The translations under genes and the position numbers were made by a program. 64,000 bases of DNA from an uncultured Anaerolineales bacterium (GTDB lineage: Bacteria; Chloroflexota; Anaerolineae; Anaerolineales; E44-bin32): positions 41,630-105,629 of the forward strand of contig CBDAFF010000010.1 in NCBI GenBank assembly GCA_965195195.1. The letters are read 5' to 3'. Every line of letters begins with the position of its first letter. Positions within the stretch are counted from its first letter, which is position 1. Under the pieces are notes generated by a model. That model had not been told where the DNA came from. It was given only the letters and a program-made list of their open reading frames with translations, and did not search any database. Shown piece after piece: positions 40,806-53,138 of the stretch.

Positions 40806-41825
40806 TTAGAGGATAAGCATGGCATCTCCAAAGGAATAGAAGCGATACCCTTCATTTGTCGCCATCTTGTAGATCCGTAGGATTTGCTCCCGGCTGGAAA
40901 AAGCCGATACCATCATTAATAGCGTAGAGCGTGGGAGGTGGAAGTTTGTGAGCATCGCGTCCACGACGCGAAATTCAAACCCTGGCAAGATATAGAGCGA
41001 AGTCGGCCCCTCGTATTCAGAAATGTCCTGATGCGAGGATATCCGCGCAGCGGTTTCCAGCGCCCGAACGGTCGTCGTCCCAACGGCGACAACCTTTCCG
41101 CCCGCTTTCTTCGCGGCTTTAATCGCTTGAACAACGTCCAGCGGTACGTGGCACCATTCACTATGAATTGGATGTTTATTTGGATCATCCTCGCGGACAG
41201 GGACAAAGGTATCCAAACCGACATGGAGGGTGATCTTGACTATTCGAACGCCTTTATCCTCAATAGATGTCATCGTGTTTGGTGTGAAGTGCAATCCTGC
41301 CGTAGGTGCCGCGGCAGATCCAGGGTATTTTGCGAAAGTTGTTTGGTATTCGCGATTTTCCTCTAATGGCGTGTGGATATATGGCGGTAAGGGCATTTCG
41401 CCCAATTGATCCAGGAGGGGAGAGATCGCTTCGGAGAAAACAACAACCCGCCGCGGTCCCCCGAGATCCTCTCGGATTTGCGCTTGCGGACCGTTTAGGA
41501 CCTGAAGTTTCCTGCCGGGTTTAAGACCACCGCCTCCTACCATCACCTCCCAAGTCATTTCTCCCAACCGGTGAAGCAGCAATACCTCAGCGCGCCCACC
41601 GCCGGGGATTTTCCGGGCCTTCAGTCGGGCGGGAATGACCCGTGTCTCGTTGAGCACCAGGACATCATTCGCATGGAGGTAGTCGGGAAGCTGGTGGAAA
41701 ATCCGATGTGCAACACGATCATCGCCTCGATTAAACACGAGTAAGCGAGAGCTATCCCGTGGTTTCGCGGGTCTCTGGGCTATGCATTCTTCAGGTAGGA
41801 AGTAATCGAAATCCGTTGTTTGCAC
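40806..41825 (-). CDS. queA: S-adenosylmethionine:tRNA ribosyltransferase-isomerase
   Basis: DFDYFLP, PLPPYI, AAPTAGLHF, TNFHLPRST, YRFYSFGDAM. Confidence 0.97.
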   Translation of the reverse strand: MQTTDFDYFLPEECIAQRPAKPRDSSRLLVFNRGDDRVAHRIFHQLPDYLHANDVLVLNETRVIPARLKARKIPGGGRAEVLLLHRLGEMTWEVMVGGGGLKPGRKLQVLNGPQAQIREDLGGPRRVVVFSEAISPLLDQLGEMPLPPYIHTPLEENREYQTTFAKYPGSAAAPTAGLHFTPNTMTSIEDKGVRIVKITLHVGLDTFVPVREDDPNKHPIHSEWCHVPLDVVQAIKAAKKAGGKVVAVGTTTVRALETAARISSHQDISEYEGPTSLYILPGFEFRVVDAMLTNFHLPRSTLLMMVSAFSSREQILRIYKMATNEGYRFYSFGDAMLIL

Positions 41826-41828
41826 GGG

Positions 41829-42062
41829 TTACCGGTTAAGGAAACGGAGCAAGATATTGAGCGCTAACGTTACCAGCAGGCTCAAGATGATTGATGTTGC
41901 CAGAGGGATGAAGCATGAGAATCCATCTCTTTCGATGTGAATATCCCCTGGAAGACGGCCAAGAGGTAGATCGAAACGACCTGCCAGCCACAGACCGATG
42001 CCGATGATGATAATTACAAACCCGGCGAGAATTACCCAACGTGCGATGGTAGAGAGATCCAT
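41829..42062 (-). CDS. DUF2905 family small membrane protein
   Basis: GRLPGDI...FIPLATSIILS; usual position between ruvB and queA. Confidence 0.88.
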   Translation of the reverse strand: MDLSTIARWVILAGFVIIIIGIGLWLAGRFDLPLGRLPGDIHIERDGFSCFIPLATSIILSLLVTLALNILLRFLNR

Positions 42063-42078
42063 TTTCGTTCGGCGCGAC

Positions 42079-43110
42079 TCATAGTTCCGGAAGACGTGTC
42101 TGCGCTGAGCCTTGATACGGCAATCCGAGATGCTCGTATGCTTTTGGCGTGGCAACGCGGCCCTGCGGGGTCCGGTCGATAAATCCGAGTTGGAGCAGGT
42201 AGGGCTCGACGACATCCATAATCGTGTCTGGCTCTTCGCTGATCGAGGCAGATATCGTTTGAAGACCTACGGGTCCGCCATTGAACTTCCGAATAATTGT
42301 GTCCAGAACTCGCCGGTCCGAATCGTCCAGGCCGAGGTCGTCGATTTCCATTAGGGCTAAGGCTTGCCTGGCGATTTCTTGAGTAATTCGACCATCGGCT
42401 CGAACTTCAGCGAAGTCGCGGACCCGGCGAAGCAACCGCAAAGCGACACGTGGGGTCCCTCGTGCGCGGCAGGCGATTTCTCTGATCCCTGGTTCGTCCA
42501 TGCTCACGTGGAACACTTCAGAAGCTCTGCGTACGATCCCCACCATCGATTCCTCGTCATAGAAATCCAAACGGTGAATGGCTCCAAAGCGGGCTCGAAG
42601 AGGGGCGGTCAAAAGCGCAAGGCGAGTTGTGGCGCCTACGGTTGTAAAACGGGGAAGCTTCAGACGAATTGAACGTGCACTTGGTCCCTTGCCAATTGTC
42701 AGATCGAGTGCGAAATCTTCCATAGCAGGGTAAAGGATCTCTTCGACTGCACGCCCGAGGCGGTGTATCTCATCGATGAAGAGGATGTCCCCCGCTTGCA
42801 GGTTGGTGAGGATTGCGGCGAGATCTCCGGCTCGTTCAATCGCTGGGCCGGAGGTGATCTTCAAATTGACACCCATCTCTACGCAGAGGATATGAGCGAG
42901 CGTCGTCTTCCCCAGACCCGGAGGTCCGTAGAAAAGGACATGATCAAGCGCCTCGTTACGACCCTTTGCCGCCTCGATCAGAATTGAGAGGTTTTGCTTA
43001 ACCCGGTCTTGCCCGATCATTTCGTGCAGGTAACGCGGTCGGATAGGGACTTCGTTATGATCATCCCCGTGGTTGTCAGGGGATACAATTCGATCCTCTT
43101 TTTCACTCAC
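42079..43110 (-). CDS. ruvB: Holliday junction branch migration helicase
   Basis: [33 protein letters not shown]. Confidence 0.97.
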   Translation of the reverse strand: MSEKEDRIVSPDNHGDDHNEVPIRPRYLHEMIGQDRVKQNLSILIEAAKGRNEALDHVLFYGPPGLGKTTLAHILCVEMGVNLKITSGPAIERAGDLAAILTNLQAGDILFIDEIHRLGRAVEEILYPAMEDFALDLTIGKGPSARSIRLKLPRFTTVGATTRLALLTAPLRARFGAIHRLDFYDEESMVGIVRRASEVFHVSMDEPGIREIACRARGTPRVALRLLRRVRDFAEVRADGRITQEIARQALALMEIDDLGLDDSDRRVLDTIIRKFNGGPVGLQTISASISEEPDTIMDVVEPYLLQLGFIDRTPQGRVATPKAYEHLGLPYQGSAQTRLPEL

Positions 43111-43169
43111 GATATCGATTATACAGGATGCTTGGTTTGCGCGAAATCAACTCAAAAGTGATGGATATG

Positions 43170-43907
43170 CTAGTTGTCTTCCCGAGATATGAGCTTTACT
43201 AAGAAATGCTCCGCGAAAATTGGGTCAAGAGTGATCCCAAGTGGAAGGTAGACTTCTGGCGGAATACCAATATCTGTCAGGTAGAGGTCATACATCGAAG
43301 GATCAAGGCCGCGTTTGGGTAACGCCAGTGTGACCGTTCTGTCGGCTCGTATCGAGACGCCCGGGCATTCACCTGTCGTTGCATCAACACCAGACGGGAT
43401 ATCGAGTGAGACTACATTCTTTGCCCATCGGTTGCTTGCTTCGATTAACAGTGCGGAGCTACCGCGCGGCGCACCTTGCAGGCTGTAGCCGATCAATGCG
43501 TCGACGACAACGGTTGCTTCGGAGATCAACTTTTCTGAATCTTCTAGTCCTGCTGCGATAATCCCAGCTGAAGAGAGGATCGCGAATTGCGCTCCCGCCG
43601 CTCCTTCCAAGGCCTCCGTAGGCCTCGTCATGAGGAGTTGGATCTTGAAACCTCGATTATGAAGGTGTCGGGCGCAGCATAGACCGCCACCTCCATTTCC
43701 ACCAGATCCAGCGAGGATGGTGATTTTTCCTGTTGCCCCACCGATGACATCAATAATGTGAGAAGCCAGGTTTCTGCCCGCGTTTTCCATCATTTGGAGA
43801 ATGCCAAGTTGGAAATCCTGGACAGAAATACGATCGACTTCTCGCATTTCGTCTTCTGTAACGGATGGAATTTCTCTTCCGTCCTCAGCGAGGAAATATG
43901 CTCGCAT
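43170..43907 (-). CDS. nnrE: NAD(P)H-hydrate epimerase (YjeF N-terminal, stand-alone)
   Basis: MMENAG, GSGGNGGGG, VDALIG, SLDIPSG, DIGIP. Confidence 0.88.
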   Translation of the reverse strand: MRAYFLAEDGREIPSVTEDEMREVDRISVQDFQLGILQMMENAGRNLASHIIDVIGGATGKITILAGSGGNGGGGLCCARHLHNRGFKIQLLMTRPTEALEGAAGAQFAILSSAGIIAAGLEDSEKLISEATVVVDALIGYSLQGAPRGSSALLIEASNRWAKNVVSLDIPSGVDATTGECPGVSIRADRTVTLALPKRGLDPSMYDLYLTDIGIPPEVYLPLGITLDPIFAEHFLVKLISREDN

Positions 43908-44149
43908 CTCACTTCACTCCATGTTGGGAATCTTATCGATGCCTGTCATCATGACAAATTCCCCTCGAAGAACGCGTATGGTGTCACTATCACAGGCGAC
44001 TAGCGATAAACCTGGTCTAGGGGGGCGTTAACCTGGGAACCGATTGATGAGACGATATCAGGGTTTGGTTAAAGAGTCAGATTCAGCGCTTAGTGATATT
44101 CAGTGAGAAAAATGATCTGATAGCCTCCACAGCAAGCCCTTTAGCGTTG

Positions 44150-44554
44150 TTAGTATTTCACGACAGGAGGGAGTTTTTTTGCTTGGGCGACCCAGGATTT
44201 TACTTGTTTAGACGAAGGAAGCCTGCGAACGAGGGCTTTCTTCTCATTAATCTCAACGAGTGCATCGAAAAGTTTCTCTGGCGCACGATGACGGAGCTCT
44301 TTCACTGTATCCACACCAGCTTCTTCGAGGAGGTCGCTATATTCCTCTCCTATTCCTTTTACTCGCATAAGGTCAGCGAGATTAACCCACTCAAGGACAA
44401 GCTTCTCCGAGATTCCGGTCTCCTCAGCCAGATCCTTTCGCCCTCGTTTATCGGCACCAATCTGGAGGAGCCGACCTGTAGATCGAACTCCAACCGCGTG
44501 GAGTTTCTTTGCGAACTTTGGCCCAATGCCTTCGATGTCAGCGATCTTCGCCAT
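44150..44554 (-). CDS. DUF4332 helix-hairpin-helix protein
   Basis: IADIEGIGPK and ADLMRVKGIGEEYSDLLEEAGVDTVKEL; RBS GGAGGAG. Confidence 0.88.
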   Translation of the reverse strand: MAKIADIEGIGPKFAKKLHAVGVRSTGRLLQIGADKRGRKDLAEETGISEKLVLEWVNLADLMRVKGIGEEYSDLLEEAGVDTVKELRHRAPEKLFDALVEINEKKALVRRLPSSKQVKSWVAQAKKLPPVVKY

Positions 44555-44884
44555 ACAATACTCCTCCTGTGTTTTGTATTTAATGACCCGATGCATTCTA
44601 AAAGCGTATCGGGTATTGGTCAATGTCTCTCTGGGCCTTATTTTCCCTAAACGTTGTCAACAATAGCTGGGAGGAGTAGAACCTGGGAACTGGTTGACGC
44701 CGCCTAGGTCCTTATCTATACTGACTAGTGTGCTTGTTTTCTTTGAAGCACCACTTGTCGGATTCTAAGATTAAACATCAAGAGCGAGCACGACGTGGCG
44801 TTGGTCAACACTAAGCAGCAGACAAATGTTATCCGAACCTTGGACTAGATTGGATGGAGGCATTCCCTGGCCATAGGAATTGGG

Positions 44885-45832
44885 TTGCGACATGTGAAGG
44901 CAGCATTGGAGCGCAAAGCCAGTGCTGTTCAGCACGAATTCATCCAAGTGAGCGAGCAGTTGGATGATCTTGGGCGGCAGATAGCGGATGCTGATGAAGA
45001 GGAGAAGAAAACGATTCGTGAGCAACAGCAAGCCCTCCGGATTGACCAGCAGCAGATTGCTGAGGATGTGAATCTCTGGCGAAGGCGTGCGCGCGAAGTG
45101 ACTCAACAACCTGGAACAACCAGCCTAAGAGCTTACTTGAATGACTTGCTTGAGTTAAATGAAGAGCTGGTAACCCCGGCTGTCCAAAATGCGTTAGCCC
45201 TGTTAGATACACCACCTGATGAGCGAGGCTTTCCTGACGAGCAACCGATATTAACTCAACAAACTCCTGTTGGCCGCTTGCTTGAGCGTGCAAGAACTGA
45301 GTATGACCTGCGTGTAAGCGACCAGGCGATTCGGATGAAGGAAGCAATTGCCTTCGCCAACCGCGCTGGTATGGCTCAAGATGAGGACAGCATGGCTGAG
45401 ATTGTCGCGGCGATGGATGATCCTGACCCGCTTGTGCGCGAATTAGCTATATTCACGACCATCCAGCTACTCCGGTTCCGTGCATTGCGTCTAGCAGACT
45501 TGGAGCAGGCACATACCGCCGTCCAACAACTGACGCAGATACCAGACCCAGCAATAGTCCCGGTGCTGATAGAGATCGTTGAGCAACCCCGGGTGGGTTA
45601 TATCCAAGAGGGTGACGAGTCCAAGCAAGTGGATAATAACCGGTCACGAATGGTAGCCTTATTGAAACTGGTTGAGTGGCATACCGCAGAAGCTCAGATT
45701 GCGCTTCAGAAATTGAAATTTGATCGTGACCCCCACATTGTGAAGGCTGCGCAGCGAGCTTTAGAATTATTTCCTGAACGATGGAATGGAGAGTTCCCTG
45801 GCCAGAAGAATACGCCAGACACGGGAGGGTGA
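44885..45832 (+). CDS. Hypothetical coiled-coil/HEAT-repeat-like protein
   Basis: 315-aa ORF with a coiled-coil N-terminus and DDPDPLVRE / DRDPHIVKAA HEAT-like motifs; start uncertain. Confidence 0.75.
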   Translation: MRHVKAALERKASAVQHEFIQVSEQLDDLGRQIADADEEEKKTIREQQQALRIDQQQIAEDVNLWRRRAREVTQQPGTTSLRAYLNDLLELNEELVTPAVQNALALLDTPPDERGFPDEQPILTQQTPVGRLLERARTEYDLRVSDQAIRMKEAIAFANRAGMAQDEDSMAEIVAAMDDPDPLVRELAIFTTIQLLRFRALRLADLEQAHTAVQQLTQIPDPAIVPVLIEIVEQPRVGYIQEGDESKQVDNNRSRMVALLKLVEWHTAEAQIALQKLKFDRDPHIVKAAQRALELFPERWNGEFPGQKNTPDTGG

Positions 45833-45855
45833 GCGCACATTCACCTAAGCCTCTC

Positions 45856-45883
45856 TTGACACACATAGGTTATTCGATATAAT
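45856..45883 (+). promoter_or_regulatory. Consensus sigma70 promoter of rpoC
   Basis: TTGACA-16 bp-TATAAT. Confidence 0.8.
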
Positions 45884-46048
45884 TCCCCTCGTAATCGTCG
45901 TGATAACCGATTTGTTTGGTCGGCGCAGGAAGCGCTTGAGGTTAAAAGACGCCTCATGCGCTTGTTTTCGTTTGCACCCACAGTAGCACGGATGTTCGAA
46001 TAATATCGCCGATACATTTCAACCATCGCCACGCGCGAGGGAGTAAAT

Positions 46049-50323
<4,275 letters not shown>

Positions 50324-50350
50324 TTGGCACGGTTGTCTTTAAACTAATCG

Positions 50351-50380
50351 TTGACAGGTTGATAACCCACTCGTTATAAT
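50351..50380 (+). promoter_or_regulatory. Sigma70 promoter of rplU-rpmA-rpmE
   Basis: TTGACA-18 bp-TATAAT followed by a structured leader of about 120 nt. Confidence 0.8.
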
Positions 50381-50503
50381 GCTACGTCTGCCCCAGCGCA
50401 AAGACGTTGGGGCGGGTGTATGAATCCCCAACTTCCCCGCCGGCCGGCAGTTGCCGTAACAATTGCTGCGGGTGCGGTGGTGAAGCGAAGCTGGAGGAAG
50501 TGA

Positions 50504-51049
50504 ATGAAGTACGCAATCGTAAGTTCCGGCGGTAAACAATATATCGCTCGGGAAGGGGAGCCCATAGAAGTCGATCGGCTGCAGCTGGATATAGGCAAAC
50601 CGGTTGAGTTTAAGGAAGTGCTCCTTGCAGTAGATGGCTCTACGATTAAAGTCGGCACGCCTTTGATCAAAGGGGCTTCAGTTAAAGGCAAGGTGCTCGA
50701 CCAGGTAAAAGCCAAGAAGATCATCGTCTTCAAATATATCCCGAAGGAACGTTATCGTCGCAAGAAGGGTCACCGGCAGCAATATACGCGAGTGTCCATC
50801 GATAAAATTGTGCTTCCTTCAGCTGAAAAGAAAGCGACGAGCAAAAAAGAAGCTGATAAAGCGGAAAAACCCCCCGCGAAGAAGACCACGAAGAAGGCTG
50901 CTTCGACGGCGAAGAAAAGCACAGCTAAGGTTTCCAAAAAGGAAACCGGAACCAGCAAGGAAAAGAAGGCAACCAAAGCTAAGTCAACTTCAGCAAAGAC
51001 TGGTTCCAAAACTTCTTCTACCGGTAAAAAATCTACGGAAAAAAAATAG
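50504..51049 (+). CDS. rplU: 50S ribosomal protein L21 with a Lys/Ala/Thr-rich C-terminal tail
   Basis: YAIVSSGGKQY...GHRQQYT core, then about 75 aa of low-complexity basic tail. Confidence 0.96.
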   Translation: MKYAIVSSGGKQYIAREGEPIEVDRLQLDIGKPVEFKEVLLAVDGSTIKVGTPLIKGASVKGKVLDQVKAKKIIVFKYIPKERYRRKKGHRQQYTRVSIDKIVLPSAEKKATSKKEADKAEKPPAKKTTKKAASTAKKSTAKVSKKETGTSKEKKATKAKSTSAKTGSKTSSTGKKSTEKK

Positions 51050-51064
51050 TGTAGGGATAAGAGA

Positions 51065-51319
51065 ATGGCACATAAAAAAGGCGGCGGTTCAGTCCGTAAC
51101 GGACGTGACAGTCACTCCAAGCGACTGGGTGTGAAAAAATTTGGCGGTGAGCGTGTGCGATCCGGAAATATTCTGGTGCGCCAACGTGGTACCCGCATTC
51201 ACCCTGGGCTGAACGTAAAACGTGGCAAAGATGACACATTGTATGCTGTCGCAGAAGGGCTAGTTCACTTCGATTTCGTTCGCAAAGGACGCAAACGAGT
51301 CAACGTAGTCACAGAATAA
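51065..51319 (+). CDS. rpmA: 50S ribosomal protein L27
   Basis: [30 protein letters not shown]. Confidence 0.98.
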   Translation: MAHKKGGGSVRNGRDSHSKRLGVKKFGGERVRSGNILVRQRGTRIHPGLNVKRGKDDTLYAVAEGLVHFDFVRKGRKRVNVVTE

Positions 51320-51421
51320 ATACTCCATATCACATGGCAGAAACAGGCCGGTGCAGTTACCGCCGGATGTCGATTATCAGGTGATAAGGTATTGGCTCAT
51401 AATTGGTGAGGTTGTAATCTG

Positions 51422-51895
51422 ATGAAAGAAAATATCCATCCGAAGTATTTCCCCAACACGACGGTCGTTTGTGTCTGTGGCAACACATGGCAAACAGGAT
51501 CTACGGTTGAATCGATTCACACTGATGTCTGCTCAAAATGTCACCCATTTTACACGGGTGAGCAGCGCATTGTTGATACGGAAGGGCAAGTTGATCGCTT
51601 CTACAAGAAGCTCGAAGCGCGGCAGCAGCATATTGAGGATGCAGTATCCCGTGAAGCAGCGAAAACATCACCAGACCTTCTCATTGAAGAATTGGAGCTT
51701 AGCGCTCGTGCGGAGTCGTCACTTGCAAAAGCGGGCATCCTGGATGTCGGCAAAGCGATTGAGATGATGGCAGAAGGCGATCAGGCGTTGCTTGAAATCG
51801 ATGGTTTTGGGCGAAAGAGTCTTGCGGATCTTAAGCGAGCCTTAAAAAGGCGTGGTTTTGAATTGCCAGAGGCTGCACTAGAACCGCAGGTTTAG
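51422..51895 (+). CDS. rpmE: 50S ribosomal protein L31 (Zn type) fused to an RNAP alpha-CTD-like domain
   Basis: MKENIHPKY, CVC...CSKCHPFYTG, VDRF, then IEELELSAR...LLEIDGFGRKSL. Confidence 0.93.
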   Translation: MKENIHPKYFPNTTVVCVCGNTWQTGSTVESIHTDVCSKCHPFYTGEQRIVDTEGQVDRFYKKLEARQQHIEDAVSREAAKTSPDLLIEELELSARAESSLAKAGILDVGKAIEMMAEGDQALLEIDGFGRKSLADLKRALKRRGFELPEAALEPQV

Positions 51896-51937
51896 AATTC
51901 CAAACTTGCTCAAATAATAGGCTGGTGTAAACTCAGG

Positions 51938-51964
51938 GCAGGTGTTAAAGCACCTGCTCATTTT
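51938..51964 (+). terminator. Putative terminator after rpmE
   Basis: GCAGGTG-TTAAAG-CACCTGC followed by TCATTTT. Confidence 0.55.
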
Positions 51965-51990
51965 CTTTGGTTAAGGAGTAGATAGATCCT

Positions 51991-52563
51991 ATGCGCCATC
52001 AAACAGGAAGCGTGGAAGTTGTCACAGGATCCATGTTCTGCGGCAAGACTGACGAGATGATTAGAAGGTTAAGGCGCGCGGTTATCGCCCGGCAGAAAGT
52101 CCAAGTCTTTAAACCGAGTATTGATACGCGTTACTCTACCGAGAAACTCGCATCTCACGCTGGAACAGAATTTGAAGCCACACCCGTTAAAGATCCAGAG
52201 CAAATCCGCGACCTTATAGAAGAGGGCACAACCGTAGTTGCGATCGATGAAGCGCAGTTCTTTTCCGAGAACTTATGCGACATTATCCAAGAATTAGCGG
52301 CAGCCGGCTTGCGCGTGATCGTCGGCGGTTTGGATACCGACTTTCGAGCGGAACCTTTCGGTTGCATGCCGAAGTTGATGGCACAGGCGGAACGTGTGGA
52401 TAAGCTGCACGCAATTTGCATGGTCTGTGGAGGGGCGGCATCACGTACGCAACGGTTAATCAACGAAGAACCCGCGCATTTCGATGATCCAATTGTTGTG
52501 GTTGGCGCCAGTGAGATGTATGAGGCTCGCTGTCGCGAGCATCACGTGGTTCCAAGGGATTGA
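51991..52563 (+). CDS. tdk: Thymidine kinase
   Basis: GSMFCGKT, IDEAQF, GLDTDF, AICMVC, YEARCR. Confidence 0.96.
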   Translation: MRHQTGSVEVVTGSMFCGKTDEMIRRLRRAVIARQKVQVFKPSIDTRYSTEKLASHAGTEFEATPVKDPEQIRDLIEEGTTVVAIDEAQFFSENLCDIIQELAAAGLRVIVGGLDTDFRAEPFGCMPKLMAQAERVDKLHAICMVCGGAASRTQRLINEEPAHFDDPIVVVGASEMYEARCREHHVVPRD

Positions 52564-53123
52564 AGATGCTGCCGTATGAGGAGTTCCTAGAGGAAATTCT
52601 GATCCCCAGAGATGTACTTCAAGCGAGAATTGCAGAACTTGGGGAGGAAATCAGCCGGGATTATGAGGGCAAGAGCGTTCTGCTCGTTTGCATCTTGCGC
52701 GGTGGGGTTATGTTCCTCACCGATTTGATGCGCACACTCACGATCCCACATGCCATCGATTTCATGGCTGTATCCTCTTATGGAACCGGAGCACGGCAAT
52801 CAAGTGGGCAAGTTAGAATCACGCTTGACCTTCAGAGCTCAATCGAGGGCGAGGATGTTATCCTCGTTGAAGATATCATCGACAGCGGACATACAATCGC
52901 ATCCGTGATCGAATTGCTCAAAACCCGTCAGCCATCGTCTGTGCGGGTATGTACATTATTAGACAAGCATGAGCGCAGAGAGGCGGAGGTCTCGATCCAT
53001 TACAGTGGTTTTAAAATCCCCAACAAGTTCGTCTTTGGCTACGGACTCGATCTTGATGAATACTATCGGAATCTCCCTTTCATCGGTGTAGTGAAACCAG
53101 ATAAGTATATCCCCCCGGATTAG
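52560..53123 (+). CDS. hpt: Hypoxanthine phosphoribosyltransferase
   Basis: ILRGG, VEDIIDSGHT, FVFGYGLD, YRNLP. Confidence 0.96.
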   Translation: MKMLPYEEFLEEILIPRDVLQARIAELGEEISRDYEGKSVLLVCILRGGVMFLTDLMRTLTIPHAIDFMAVSSYGTGARQSSGQVRITLDLQSSIEGEDVILVEDIIDSGHTIASVIELLKTRQPSSVRVCTLLDKHERREAEVSIHYSGFKIPNKFVFGYGLDLDEYYRNLPFIGVVKPDKYIPPD

Positions 53124-53138
53124 GTTCCCTTTTTTCGG

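Noticed and set aside
44093-44650. 185-aa + strand ORF, and similar long antisense ORFs (e.g. 18811-19404, 55565-56260, 33717-34232)
   Set aside because: Shadows of well-supported genes on the opposite strand; no motifs or RBS
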